NCBI GenBank assembly: GCA_902778265.1
Contig: CACYXI010000010.1
Coordinates: 985-64,984 of the forward strand
Direction: 5' to 3'
Source of the DNA: an uncultured Bacteroidales bacterium
Lineage (GTDB): Bacteria > Bacteroidota > Bacteroidia > Bacteroidales > Bacteroidaceae
Length of the DNA: 64,000 nt
Below the pieces are notes generated by a model. It was not told the origin of the DNA and did no database searches. It worked only from the letters and a program-made list of their open reading frames with translations. This document shows positions 19,615-29,771 of the stretch, one piece after another (the first letter of the stretch is position 1; each line of letters opens with the position of its first letter). A program made the position numbers and the translations under genes.

Positions 19615-20931
19615 TCAGGCTTTGGATGAAGCTTTCTGAATTTTTCGTTTACTATAAGTCTTATCAAGCGCGTCAATAACACTTGATGTACCTTTTAGAT
19701 TTGCCTTTATGTAAGGACGCATAACATTATAATCTGAATGACCTGTTATAAGCATTATCAGGTCTGTACTTACACCTTCATTCAATGCTGTAACGATGAA
19801 TGTTCGCCTTGCTGTATGGGAAGACAAGTCACACTTTGGAACTCGCACTTCTATCTTCTCTTGTAGTCGATATTCATAATCTACCCACTCACCAGTAAGA
19901 CCTGCTATTTTACCTAAGTCTTTAAGGTGTTCGTTGTACTTTTGGTTAGACAAGACTGGGAGCAAAAGACCTTCCGGAAGACTCAAAACAACATACTTCT
20001 TATAGATCTCGACTGCTCGTTTTGCAAGTTGGAAGTTTATGACATCATTGTCTTTCTCTGTAAGAAGTCTAATGAAATACTTGCCACGCTTGTCTCTATA
20101 AACATTAGTTCTTTTAAGTTGTTTCAGATCTGAGTATCTTAATCCTGTATAGCACTGAAACAAGAAGAAGTCTCTGGTACAATCAAGAGCTTCATTATCT
20201 GCAAGATTCAAATTATAGATCTTTTCAAGCTCATCCAACTCAAGATATCGTACTTGTTTTTGGGCTGTCAGTAACTTAGGATTGTAAGTTGCAAAATCTT
20301 CATTAACAGCATAATGTTTACTTTTGGCCCACTTGATAAAAGACTTCAGATAAGACAAGTTCTTCTTGATTGCATCATTATACATACTTTGGGCAAGACT
20401 CTCTTTAAAAGTCTCCAGAGTTTGAACATTCCAGTCTGTGAACTTGATGTCAGGTCGGAACTTCCTTATCTTTTCAAGTAGTCTTTGATAAACATCTACC
20501 ATATCTTGTCCCCACCCTTTCTCTCCAGACTTTATCTTTATAAACTCCTCAAATAGATAAAAGAACTCACTCATTTTCAATTTGCCCGTCTTTTTGTACA
20601 TATAGTTGAACTTGTCTCTCAACTCTGTCAAAACTGGTTCCCGAAAATTTCTCTCACATTCTACGAAGTAAAGATGCACGTATCTTATATACGAATTAAG
20701 AGCGGCATTGATCGTGACATCAGTTTCTTCACAATAAGAAAACCCACGCTTTACGCGCTGAGTCTTATAGTTCCAATACTTCGGCTTCACGCGAATTCTT
20801 GTATGAAGATCTATCCTCTTGCCATTATAGCTTACACGGATTCTGATAGACTGATACTTAGTATCAGAAGAAGGCATCAGTGAGCAGTTTATACCTCGCT
20901 GATAAATGATATAGTCATTGTTTATTTCCAT
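19615..20931 (-). CDS. Tyrosine integrase adjacent to the att site
   Basis: IRIRVSYNGKRIDL, GLRYSDL, SHTARRTF, TGHSD...PY; TACCTTTG promoter at ~20951-20958. Confidence 0.93.
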   Translation of the reverse strand: MEINNDYIIYQRGINCSLMPSSDTKYQSIRIRVSYNGKRIDLHTRIRVKPKYWNYKTQRVKRGFSYCEETDVTINAALNSYIRYVHLYFVECERNFREPVLTELRDKFNYMYKKTGKLKMSEFFYLFEEFIKIKSGEKGWGQDMVDVYQRLLEKIRKFRPDIKFTDWNVQTLETFKESLAQSMYNDAIKKNLSYLKSFIKWAKSKHYAVNEDFATYNPKLLTAQKQVRYLELDELEKIYNLNLADNEALDCTRDFFLFQCYTGLRYSDLKQLKRTNVYRDKRGKYFIRLLTEKDNDVINFQLAKRAVEIYKKYVVLSLPEGLLLPVLSNQKYNEHLKDLGKIAGLTGEWVDYEYRLQEKIEVRVPKCDLSSHTARRTFIVTALNEGVSTDLIMLITGHSDYNVMRPYIKANLKGTSSVIDALDKTYSKRKIQKASSKA

Positions 20932-21177
20932 TGCGTATATTCTTTATCCGCAAAGGTACAATGAAAGAACCAAAATCAAACCCATTTTTGGTTTCCTCAG
21001 GACACATTAGGAATCTTTCGGAGTTTGATATAGACTAAACACCATGAAATAAAACCCATTGAAAAACCCATTGATTACTATAACAACTTATAACAGATTG
21101 GAATTACGGAGACTCATAAGTGTTATAAAAATCACTGATTTACAACACTTTAGAACACTTTAACACATAAGTCTTTC

Positions 21178-21192
21178 TCCCTCTCTCTCCGC
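21178..21192 (+). other. Putative att core: duplicated 3' end of a tRNA-Ser
   Basis: TCCCTCTCTCTCCGC matches the T-arm/acceptor 3' strand typical of tRNA-Ser but lacks the upstream GTTCGAA; lies between two integrase genes. Confidence 0.65.
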
Positions 21193-21194
21193 TT

Positions 21195-21230
21195 AGAACT
21201 CAATCAAGAAATTGGTTGGGTTCTTTTTTT
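21195..21230 (+). terminator. Terminator after the tRNA-end duplicate
   Basis: AGAACTCAATCAA-gaaa-TTGGTTGGGTTCT followed by a T-run. Confidence 0.7.
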
Positions 21231-21509
21231 GTTTGGTGGAATGAATGATTTTGTCAGTCCACCAATTGTTCTCAAAGTGATTCTCATTATACCAATATCT
21301 TTGAGAACCAATAATTTACAAAGAACACAACCAGTTCACCAAGTATGCCAATCAATGCAGAGCCACTATTCTATCCATATATATTTGGAATAGTGGTAAA
21401 GATTAGCATATTGGTGGATTTATGTGTCAAAAATGTGACCAGATAGACTTTTCAATTTGAGACCAGATATATTATTTTGTAAATTACTGACAATTAAATA
21501 TTTAACACT

Positions 21510-22100
21510 ATGAAATTAAGGTTTATTTGTAGAAAAGTCAAAGTTTTGAAGGATGGAAGTGTCCCAATAGAGCTTTCTATCTGTGTAAATAGCCAAAGAA
21601 AGGTGATTTCCACAGGTAGAAAGACTCTTTTAGCTTTATTTAACTCAAGAACAGAGCAAATTAAGGGTGATGATGAAACAAACAAGTATTTATCAGCCTT
21701 AAGAGCAAGGTTCTATGCAATAGAGACATCACTATTAAATAGTGGTGTCTGTGTCAACATAGACACTATTATGGATGTTTACAAGAATGGTACTCAAGAA
21801 ATAACAATAACCATTCTCCAAGTGTTTGACATGCACTTAGACTATCTGAGACAAAGGGTAGAACAAGGATTAATAACAAATACTACTCTAAACAAATACC
21901 TTATCACAAGAGATTATCTAGCAAAGTATATCAAGACCACTTTCAATACTGATGATGTTTTCATAAGGAACATCACCCCATCCTTTGTAGAGAGGTTCTA
22001 TACCTACCTACTATTATACATGACTAATAATACTGCAATTCAAAAAATGAAGCAACTTAACCCACATTGCAAGGGGAATTCCCCTTGCAATGTGGGTTAA
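21510..22100 (+). pseudogene. Truncated tyrosine integrase (arm and SAM-like domains only)
   Basis: KDGSVPIELSICVN...ITPSFVERFYTYL; ends in a palindrome, no catalytic domain. Confidence 0.85.
22057..22100. repeat. Perfect 44-bp palindrome
   Basis: TTAACCCACATTGCAAGGGGAATTCCCCTTGCAATGTGGGTTAA. Confidence 0.95.
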
Positions 22101-22244
22101 CTTCAATATGGTATTGGGACTTCTATGTGTCAAAGCACTGATATCCCTAATGGATAGACCTTTACCAATAAGTTCTATCTCTTTGGAATACTGCTTTCTG
22201 TATTCCCAATGCTCTTTCCTGTAACCAATAAGTCTTCCTACCAT
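22101..22244 (-). pseudogene. Remnant C-terminal HTH of a resolvase
   Basis: VGRLIGYRK...KGLSIRDISALTHRSPNTILKL. Confidence 0.6.
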
Positions 22245-22409
22245 AGCATATTATGTATTAAAGATTATTGTTTACCGGACACCAATAAAATATAATAGGT
22301 GTCGCTCTTTGGCTTTCCCTTCGGTCGCCGACCTCTTCGACGTTCAGAGCTAATTCAACCGCGTATTTTTCAATAACATACAAGTTGATGAAATTCATCG
22401 AACTCACGT

Positions 22410-24752
22410 AAATAGGTAATTCGTAATTAGTAATTCGTAATTAAATTCTTAGAACTCATACCCGAGATTCAGGAAGAAATACGGGGTCTTGGTGCGGTTG
22501 CTATAGCCGAGGGTGGCACCTACTGGACCGAAGAGGGTGTTGTAATAATAGGCTATCTGACCGCCAAGCATAGTGCTTGTGTCGAAAAGGCTGCTTATAT
22601 GGTCTGATTGCTGGGCAACAGCCAGACGGAGCTGCACGTAGTTGTTACTGGCTATTCGCTCACGTGCCTGTAGCTGTACCGCAACAAACTGGTTGGCTAC
22701 ATATTCCATATTGCCGATACCTGCGAATGGCATCTGCTGCTCTACATAATGACCGAACCAGTCGCCACCTACGGTGTTGGCAAAGCCTGGTGCGATGACA
22801 GAACCGAAGAGCAATCGGCCGTAGATCATAGGCTGGAGGGCGAATCGGTTGCCGATGGTATGCGTGAAACGCCAGTTGGCACTCACGTCGCTCATACCTG
22901 GTTTGTCGGATAGCTGGGTAAAGTTATCGGTGAGGTAGGCATACTCAGCCTTGAAACGAGAACCGCGCGTTGGGAAGTTCCAGTCGTCTTCGCTGTTGTA
23001 TTCGGCACGAGCACGATAGCTGTAGAAATGCTCGTTGTTGAGCTTGACCTGCATAACCCTCTCTGAACCGAGTTTGTCACGATAGTGCATATAGTCCCAT
23101 CGCACACCCAACTGCAAGTTGAAGTGTCGAAGGTCGAAGTTGATAGGCATGAACTCCGCCTGGAACTGGTTGTAGCGGATGTTATAGTCGAGGTCGCCCT
23201 TGCTATAAATATCTACATCATTACGATGGAAGCAGTAGCTGAGAGTTGGTCGGGTGAAGCTACGTGGATGCACGGTGAGGTCGCCACGCACCATGAGTCG
23301 CTTGCCCAAGCGCAGTACGATGTCGGTGTTGAGTGGCACGGCAGTCTTTAGCGGTATGTCGAGCCCCAACTGCAGGGAAGCATACTCTTCGTTATCGTAG
23401 CGCACACCGGCATGGAGCTGTACCGACTTACGATTGCCAGCCGACAGAATGACGCGCACACCGTCACCTTCAGGTATCAGTCGGCACTCGGCAGTCTGGT
23501 AGAACAGATCCACGCGCATTGAGGTGGTGAGCTGCTGCATCAGGGAAGCGTCTATGTAGCTCTCCTTTCCATTGGTGGCTGTCAGGTTGAATTTCTGCTT
23601 CAGGAAACGCTCAGCCTGCGGAGTCATATTCTCGAAGGAATAGGAGATTACGCGCTGCTTCTCGGTCATGACCTGTGGGCGTAGCGGATGCAGGATGTTA
23701 GGGCGAAACGAGTCGTCGATACCAATGCGCTGCTTTAGGGCAATGATGTTATCCCAGTTGCGCATAGCCTCTTCCTCGCCACGACGTATGAGCGTGTCGA
23801 TAGCGGCATGCGAGAAACTGGCAGATCCATAGCCCTTGGTATCTACCTGCATGTGGAGGTCGGTGATGGCGAGGTTCTCATCGAGCTTGTTCTTACAGTT
23901 CACGTCGATAATCTGGCTCAGTATGCTCATCGTACCGCTCATGTCCTCAGCCACCTTCGGAGCACCCTGCACGGTGACACCGATGATAATGTCAGCACCC
24001 ATTTGTCGGGCGAGGTCGGCAGGATAGTTGTTCTTCATGCCACCGTCAACCAGTACCTTGTCGCCTATACGCACAGGCGAGAAGGCAACAGGGATAGCCA
24101 TAGAGGCACGCATGGCTTGTGGCAATCGTCCGCTATGAAAATCCATCTCGCTATTGTCGATGATGTCAGTAGCCACACAGGCGAAGGGGATGGGCAGATC
24201 CTTGCTGAAGTCGAGGGAATCGGTGTAGCCGGTACAAAGCTGCTGAAACAGCTCAGCCAAGTTCTTGCCTTTGATGAATCCACCAGCATTAAGGTCGCGT
24301 TTGCCTATGGTCATACCAGTGGAATAGACGTAGGTGTATTGCTTCCTTCGGTCGCTAAGGCTCTGGTTGCGCAAGTCTTCCCTGTCGGTTATTACGTAGC
24401 TCCAGTCCTGCACGCGCACCAGCGAATCGAGTGCGTTGGCATTATAGCCAATGGCATACAAGCCGCCGATGATACTACCCATCGACGTACCTGTTACGAT
24501 ATCAACTGGTATGCCGGCTTTCTCCAGCACCTTTAGCACTCCGATATGCGCCATACCCTTTGCGCCGCCGCCACTCAGTACGACAGCCACCTTCTTTCGG
24601 GTCTGGTTTTCTTCTTGCGCACTAACCATGCTGCATAGCATCAGCGCAATGGCAAATATGATGGATTTTTCCATTTTTTTCAAGTATGAAATTATAAAAA
24701 TTACGAATTACCTGGGTACAATTACGAATTACTAATTACGAATTACCTATTT
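22410..24752. repeat. 33-bp perfect inverted repeats (22410-22442 and 24720-24752) bracketing the patatin gene
   Basis: AAATAGGTAATTCGTAATTAGTAATTCGTAATT and its exact reverse complement. Confidence 0.9.
22449..24674 (-). CDS. Patatin-like phospholipase with C-terminal outer-membrane beta-barrel (PlpD-like)
   Basis: Signal peptide, LSGGGAKG, GTSMG, DGG, terminal LNLGYEF. Confidence 0.92.
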   Translation of the reverse strand: MEKSIIFAIALMLCSMVSAQEENQTRKKVAVVLSGGGAKGMAHIGVLKVLEKAGIPVDIVTGTSMGSIIGGLYAIGYNANALDSLVRVQDWSYVITDREDLRNQSLSDRRKQYTYVYSTGMTIGKRDLNAGGFIKGKNLAELFQQLCTGYTDSLDFSKDLPIPFACVATDIIDNSEMDFHSGRLPQAMRASMAIPVAFSPVRIGDKVLVDGGMKNNYPADLARQMGADIIIGVTVQGAPKVAEDMSGTMSILSQIIDVNCKNKLDENLAITDLHMQVDTKGYGSASFSHAAIDTLIRRGEEEAMRNWDNIIALKQRIGIDDSFRPNILHPLRPQVMTEKQRVISYSFENMTPQAERFLKQKFNLTATNGKESYIDASLMQQLTTSMRVDLFYQTAECRLIPEGDGVRVILSAGNRKSVQLHAGVRYDNEEYASLQLGLDIPLKTAVPLNTDIVLRLGKRLMVRGDLTVHPRSFTRPTLSYCFHRNDVDIYSKGDLDYNIRYNQFQAEFMPINFDLRHFNLQLGVRWDYMHYRDKLGSERVMQVKLNNEHFYSYRARAEYNSEDDWNFPTRGSRFKAEYAYLTDNFTQLSDKPGMSDVSANWRFTHTIGNRFALQPMIYGRLLFGSVIAPGFANTVGGDWFGHYVEQQMPFAGIGNMEYVANQFVAVQLQARERIASNNYVQLRLAVAQQSDHISSLFDTSTMLGGQIAYYYNTLFGPVGATLGYSNRTKTPYFFLNLGYEF

Positions 24753-24795
24753 TCAATTACGAACTTATAAAAATTACGAATTACCAAGTTACGAA

Positions 24796-25026
24796 TTAAC
24801 GTGAATTCGATGAAAGCGCCGAAGGTGCGATACCTAACAGGGCAGTCCGTAAGGGCTGTTACCAAAATGATGTTTTTAGTGAGCGCCGTAGGTGCGACAT
24901 CTAATAAATATAATAGGTGTCGGTCCTTCAGACCTCATACCCTAAAATGTCTATATATCCAGGGCTTGCGCCCTTCGCTATTAGGTGTCGCACCTTCGGC
25001 GCTTATTTTCATCGAACTCACGTTAA
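24796..25026. mobile_element. MITE-like element (family A) with 20-bp TIRs and internal REP-like hairpins
   Basis: TTAACGTGAATTCGATGAAA...TTTCATCGAACTCACGTTAA; internal GCGCCGAAGGTGCGA / TCGCACCTTCGGCGC. Confidence 0.75.
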
Positions 25027-25050
25027 ATAGGTAATTAGTAATTATATCTG

Positions 25051-26058
25051 TTAGATTCTTATTCCGAAAAACGCACGGGCTCGCCACTTGTTTTGATTAG
25101 CAACCAACGCATCATCGCTAAATACGGAATTGCTCATCACAAGAGTGGCACCAGCGAAATAGCGTGAAGAGAAATTATGAACAATGGCGGCTCGCTCGTT
25201 GAAGATCATGTTGAAACGCATCTTCCCTTCCTCCCTACGCATATCATCCACTATCATATAGTTGCGGTTGTAGATAACGATGGTTGGCAGCATAGAGAAA
25301 TGGAATAGCCATTTATTGCCAAGCACCCAGTTGTAGCCATATCCGCCACCTATACCGAGGTGGTTTGCCTTAATCTTGATATGAGGGGCATCAGGAGCAC
25401 GCTTTTTCATCTCCTCACGACTCTCTATGCTTCCGCCCTGATAGCTTATGCCTGCCAACCATGAGCCAGCCGAGCGACGCTGAATGTAACTCTGGGTGAA
25501 AGCGGCTGGAAATGAGAACTGACGGTGGTTGAATACATAGTAGCCGGCAAGGTTTGCCACTTTTAGCTTGACATCACCCGACTCCAGATGCTCTGTCATA
25601 TCACCACGCCTTACATCGCCTGCCAACGTCGTTGCACGATGATAACTGGCATCAACGCTTATCCGACTACTGTAATAGCTCAGATAGAACTCATAGTCCT
25701 CGTATGCACCACGGAGCTTGGCAGGATTGATAGCGAGGGCGGCAGAGAGACCACGATATGAAGCGGCGATACTGACGGTAGTCTTGCGACTGGTGCTTAG
25801 GTCGGCTTTTGAACTGATACCATCCTGCTCACCCTTGACATGGAAATCATCGCCCGACTGGTTCAGTCTGACCTTCAACGTCAGCCTGCCCTCGGGGCGC
25901 ACAACGAAGTTCGTGTCGTAGGGCGTTTTATAGTATCGGGCAGTGAGCACACTGTCCATTCGTTCTCTTCGCTGCTGTTGGCTAAGTTTCTGGGCATTAG
26001 CATCCACGACCATAGCACCTGCCAGAGCTGCAACTATCATCAAGCGTATCTTTTTCAT
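25051..26058 (-). CDS. DUF4421-like outer-membrane beta-barrel protein
   Basis: Signal peptide, FSFPAAFTQSYIQRRSAGSW, GGGYGYNW, terminal FFGIRI. Confidence 0.8.
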   Translation of the reverse strand: MKKIRLMIVAALAGAMVVDANAQKLSQQQRRERMDSVLTARYYKTPYDTNFVVRPEGRLTLKVRLNQSGDDFHVKGEQDGISSKADLSTSRKTTVSIAASYRGLSAALAINPAKLRGAYEDYEFYLSYYSSRISVDASYHRATTLAGDVRRGDMTEHLESGDVKLKVANLAGYYVFNHRQFSFPAAFTQSYIQRRSAGSWLAGISYQGGSIESREEMKKRAPDAPHIKIKANHLGIGGGYGYNWVLGNKWLFHFSMLPTIVIYNRNYMIVDDMRREEGKMRFNMIFNERAAIVHNFSSRYFAGATLVMSNSVFSDDALVANQNKWRARAFFGIRI

Positions 26059-26079
26059 ATTGCCAAACCAATGAGATTA

Positions 26080-26348
26080 TTCAATGTGGTGATAAGTTCA
26101 CGAAAAAGCCTTGTAAAGGCGAAATAATATAGGCGTGGGTGTAACCCACGTATCATAGATATCCATATTTCCAAGAGCGCCGTAGGTGCGATATAATTCA
26201 TATTATACTGAGAAACATGGAATTATGTCGCCCTGACAGGGCTTTTGTCCTCAATCCATGCCAATAGATAGGGTTGCACCCTATCCTATGATATGCCGTC
26301 CTTGCAGGACTTGCAAAATGCTTTTCTGGAATTTATCACCACATTGAA
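26080..26348. mobile_element. MITE-like element (family B), copy 1
   Basis: TIR TTCAATGTGGTGATAA / TTATCACCACATTGAA; closely similar inverted copy at 49320-49591. Confidence 0.85.
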
Positions 26349-26353
26349 TTAGA

Positions 26354-28071
26354 TTATTCAGATTGCTCGCGCTCCGTAAGATTCTTGGTGAAGGTCTTGG
26401 TCATCTTCTCGCTGCTTCTTCTGAGGCGAGGCGAGAATACTATGCTGAAGACGACGGCGAAGATGACGAAGGTGCCGAGCATACCTCCAAAGTGAACCGT
26501 GCGACCAAGAATATAGCTGACGAAGACAGCTGCGATAACGAGACGCAGAAGTTGGAACGCAACGAGCTTTACCCGAGCCATACGACTATCGTTCCATAGT
26601 GCGACGAAATCATCGCTACGGCTACCTTGCTGCATTAGCATCCATAGGAATGGAGCGCAAAGGATAACAGAGAGTAGGGCAGTTACGATGCCCGACCAAG
26701 GCATAGGCAGAAGTTGCGCGATGAATGGCTTGCCGAAATACAGCATAATAGCGATGAGGGCCATGCAGAGCACGCTGTGGATACCTACCGCTATGCCCGT
26801 GTGTCGGAGGTAGGCACGCCAATGACTGTGTTCTGCCTCTGATGCCACCTCCTCTTCCTCTTCTTCTGAGGCATTGCTCTCTATCTTGCTCTGGAAACGC
26901 TTTGGCAACACTCGCGCAACAACGGTGTAGGCAGGTTCTGCCAGTTTTATCATATAAGGTGTGGTGAACGTGGTAAACACCGATACTGCCACGACAATAG
27001 GGTAGAGGAAATCGCTCGTGACACCAAGCGATGTGCCGAGCGTGGCAAGGATGAAGGCAAACTCACCAATCTGCGTCAATGAGAACGAGCATTGCATGGA
27101 GGTTTTCAACGACTGGCCTGCCAATAGGAAACCTCCTGTGCTCAGAATTGTCTGACCAAGCATTATGGCTGCTACGATGCAGAGGATAGGTACAATGTAT
27201 TCCACGATGAGTGCCACATCGACCATCATACCGACTGACACGAAAAAGATTGCTCCGAAGAGATCCTTCACTGGGGTTACAAGGTGCTCTATCAACTCTT
27301 TCTCCACAGTCTCAGCCAATATACTACCCATTATAAATGCGCCGAATGCAGCAGAGAAGCCTACCGATGAGGCGATGACCACCATACCAAAACACAGGGC
27401 AAGAGCCGTGATGAGCATTGTCTCGTTGCTCATCAGTCCTTTCACTTTGCGTAGGAATAATGGAATGAGGTAGATACCTACCACGAACCAAAGTACAAGA
27501 AAGAATGCGAGTTTCTGCACCGCCATCAGCATCTGCGACCCCTCAAACTCCTTGCTTACGGCCAGCGTGGATATATTGCCAGAATATCTTCGATGATGAG
27601 CACGCTGAGCACAAGGTTGGCAAAGCGTTTCTCACGAAGTCCCATGTCATCGAATGCCTTGAATATAATGGTAGTTGACGACATTGCCAACATTCCGCCC
27701 AAGTAGATGCAATCCATCTGCTTCCAACCGAACATCTGCCCAGTGAACATACCCACAAGCATCATACCCATGATAATGGCACAGGCTGCAATGATAGGTA
27801 CGGCTCCCATGCGCAGAATCTTTCGGAACGAGAACTCAAGACCGGGCGCGAAGAGCAAGAATATCACACCTATCTCACTCCAGAGGTGTACGCCATGCAG
27901 GTCGGTAACGCTGGGCATATACGTCATATTAGGCGAGGCGAGAAAGCCAGCCACGATATACCCCAATACTACGGGTTGCTTCAATTTCTTGAACAGCAAC
28001 GTCATAGTACCAGCGCAAATCAGTATCAGCGCAAGGTCGGCTATCAGTGGTTCTAATTGTGACATAGGCAC
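26354..28071 (-). pseudogene. CPA2 cation:proton antiporter split by a frameshift near 27572
   Basis: N-part LKQPVVLGYIVAG...EDILAI; the other frame resumes STLAVSKEFEGSQML...DLFGAIFFVSVG, QIGEFAF. Confidence 0.85.
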
Positions 28072-28345
28072 TTTGACTGTTTTTGCAAGAATTCGACGAA
28101 TTTAAAACATCCTTATAAACGCAACTTCGTTGCTGGGTTTTACAGAAAATTTTTCGCAAAGCTCAACAAGCTAAAGCTAGTTCTTCACGATGACCAGAAA
28201 ATTTAACTCAGAAAATTTAAATTTTCTGACAATTTTTTGTTCCGGAAACAGCAGCTTGCTGCTAATATAATAAAGTAGTTTTTTTATTCGCCGAACTCAC
28301 GCTATTTACATTACTCTTTACACTTTATACTTTACTCCAAAACAA

Positions 28346-29758
28346 TCACTTCGTGCCACCTCCCAAGGCGATGTAGAGGGCGATAACGGCCTGAGCCCCC
28401 TTATACATATTCATAGCCTCGTTGAGCTGTGAAGAAAGCAGATTCTCCTGAGCGGTAAGCACCTCAATATAGTTAGCCTTACCATTATCCATCAGCTCAT
28501 GAGTGCCGACATAGGCATCATGGAGCATTTCCACCTGACGATGGTAGAACTGATGCTTCTCACGAGCAGCCTGACAGTCGGCTATAGCCTCGTTCACCTG
28601 ATTACCTGCATCAATGACGGTCTGCACGTATTTCTTCTGCAAATCTTCCTCGGTCAACTGACTGATTTTGAGATTACCCTTCAGTTTACCACGAGCAAAG
28701 ATAGGCTGTGTCAACTGTCCTACTAAGTTGAGAAACATCTTACCAGGATTTACCACCACACTACCTGCGCTGTTAGTCCAACCAACAGTACCACTAAGCG
28801 TTATGCTTGGAAGGAAGGCAGCACGGGCAGCCTGTGTGTTATAGAAAGCCTCCTCCATAGCATAGTTAGCCATACGAATGTCGGGGCGCTGCTCAAGCAT
28901 TGTGGCTGACACTCCGATTTTCAGGAATTGCGCATCGAACATACGCTGACCTGTATCGCCCTGTGCCTCTGGATGATGCAAGGCCGAGCTACCCCACTTT
29001 GCACGAACTATATGCTGCGGTGCAATGGCGAGCAGTTTGCAGATAGCATTTTCCGTAGCACGGATGTTACGACGAGCATCCACAATCTGGGTCTTGATAT
29101 TAAGGTATGAAGACTCCATCTGACTGACTGCGGTAGAGTATGCCTTACCATTCTCATAAAGCGACTTCTGTGTTTCGAGTGAGGCATTCCAAAGACTGTC
29201 GGTCATGGTGAGGATTTCTAACTGACGATCGAGCACTTGCAACATATAGTATTGTTGGGCGGTCGTTGAGATAAGGTTAGCCTTAATGACCTCCTCACTC
29301 ATCTGAGCCTGAAACAGTACTGCATTTGCTGCACGTTTCTTGTTCGTGATAGAACCAAACGCATCAATATCTGCAGACAGTTGCAGCGGTAGGTTGTAGG
29401 TCTTAGAGAACGCACTTCCATCGAAACTTGCAAGCGTGCCTTGCGGAGAGAAATAGAGCGATGGCAGATATGCCATCTTTGCCATCTTTAGCGAGGCTTC
29501 ACTCTTCTCAACGGCAATACGGGCAGAGTTAAGGTTGGTGTTGTTGGCAAGAACCTGCTCGATGAGCTTCTGCAACTTAGGGTCGGTGAAGAACTCGCGC
29601 CACGACATCTGGGCCAACGAAGAATTACCCGTAGCCTTGATGCCCTGCATCGTACCGAACACATTGCTCGGTGCCTCCGCCTTCTGCTCGTACTTGTCAA
29701 ATGTGCCACAGCCTGTAAGCATCAGGCTTGTAGCGAAGAAAAGAAATATCTTTTTCAT
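28346..29758 (-). CDS. TolC/OprM-family efflux outer-membrane lipoprotein
   Basis: Lipobox LTGC, SWREFFTDPKL, RPDIRMA, LYIALGGG. Confidence 0.93.
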   Translation of the reverse strand: MKKIFLFFATSLMLTGCGTFDKYEQKAEAPSNVFGTMQGIKATGNSSLAQMSWREFFTDPKLQKLIEQVLANNTNLNSARIAVEKSEASLKMAKMAYLPSLYFSPQGTLASFDGSAFSKTYNLPLQLSADIDAFGSITNKKRAANAVLFQAQMSEEVIKANLISTTAQQYYMLQVLDRQLEILTMTDSLWNASLETQKSLYENGKAYSTAVSQMESSYLNIKTQIVDARRNIRATENAICKLLAIAPQHIVRAKWGSSALHHPEAQGDTGQRMFDAQFLKIGVSATMLEQRPDIRMANYAMEEAFYNTQAARAAFLPSITLSGTVGWTNSAGSVVVNPGKMFLNLVGQLTQPIFARGKLKGNLKISQLTEEDLQKKYVQTVIDAGNQVNEAIADCQAAREKHQFYHRQVEMLHDAYVGTHELMDNGKANYIEVLTAQENLLSSQLNEAMNMYKGAQAVIALYIALGGGTK

Positions 29759-29771
29759 ATTGATTCTCCTA

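Larger units (their letters stand above)
1..21192. mobile_element. Integrative element/genomic island, probably inserted at tRNA-Ser; left boundary not seen
   Basis: Two tyrosine integrases, resolvase, primase-like gene, RM genes, umuDC, AT-richer composition, tRNA 3'-end-like duplicate at 21178-21192. Confidence 0.75.

Noticed and set aside
21120-21200. Complete tRNA or suppressor tRNA
   Set aside because: Only a 15-nt 3'-end match; no T-loop, anticodon arm or D arm upstream.
22057-22100. Protelomerase target or hairpin telomere
   Set aside because: No protelomerase in the window, and the flanks are non-symmetric gene remnants.
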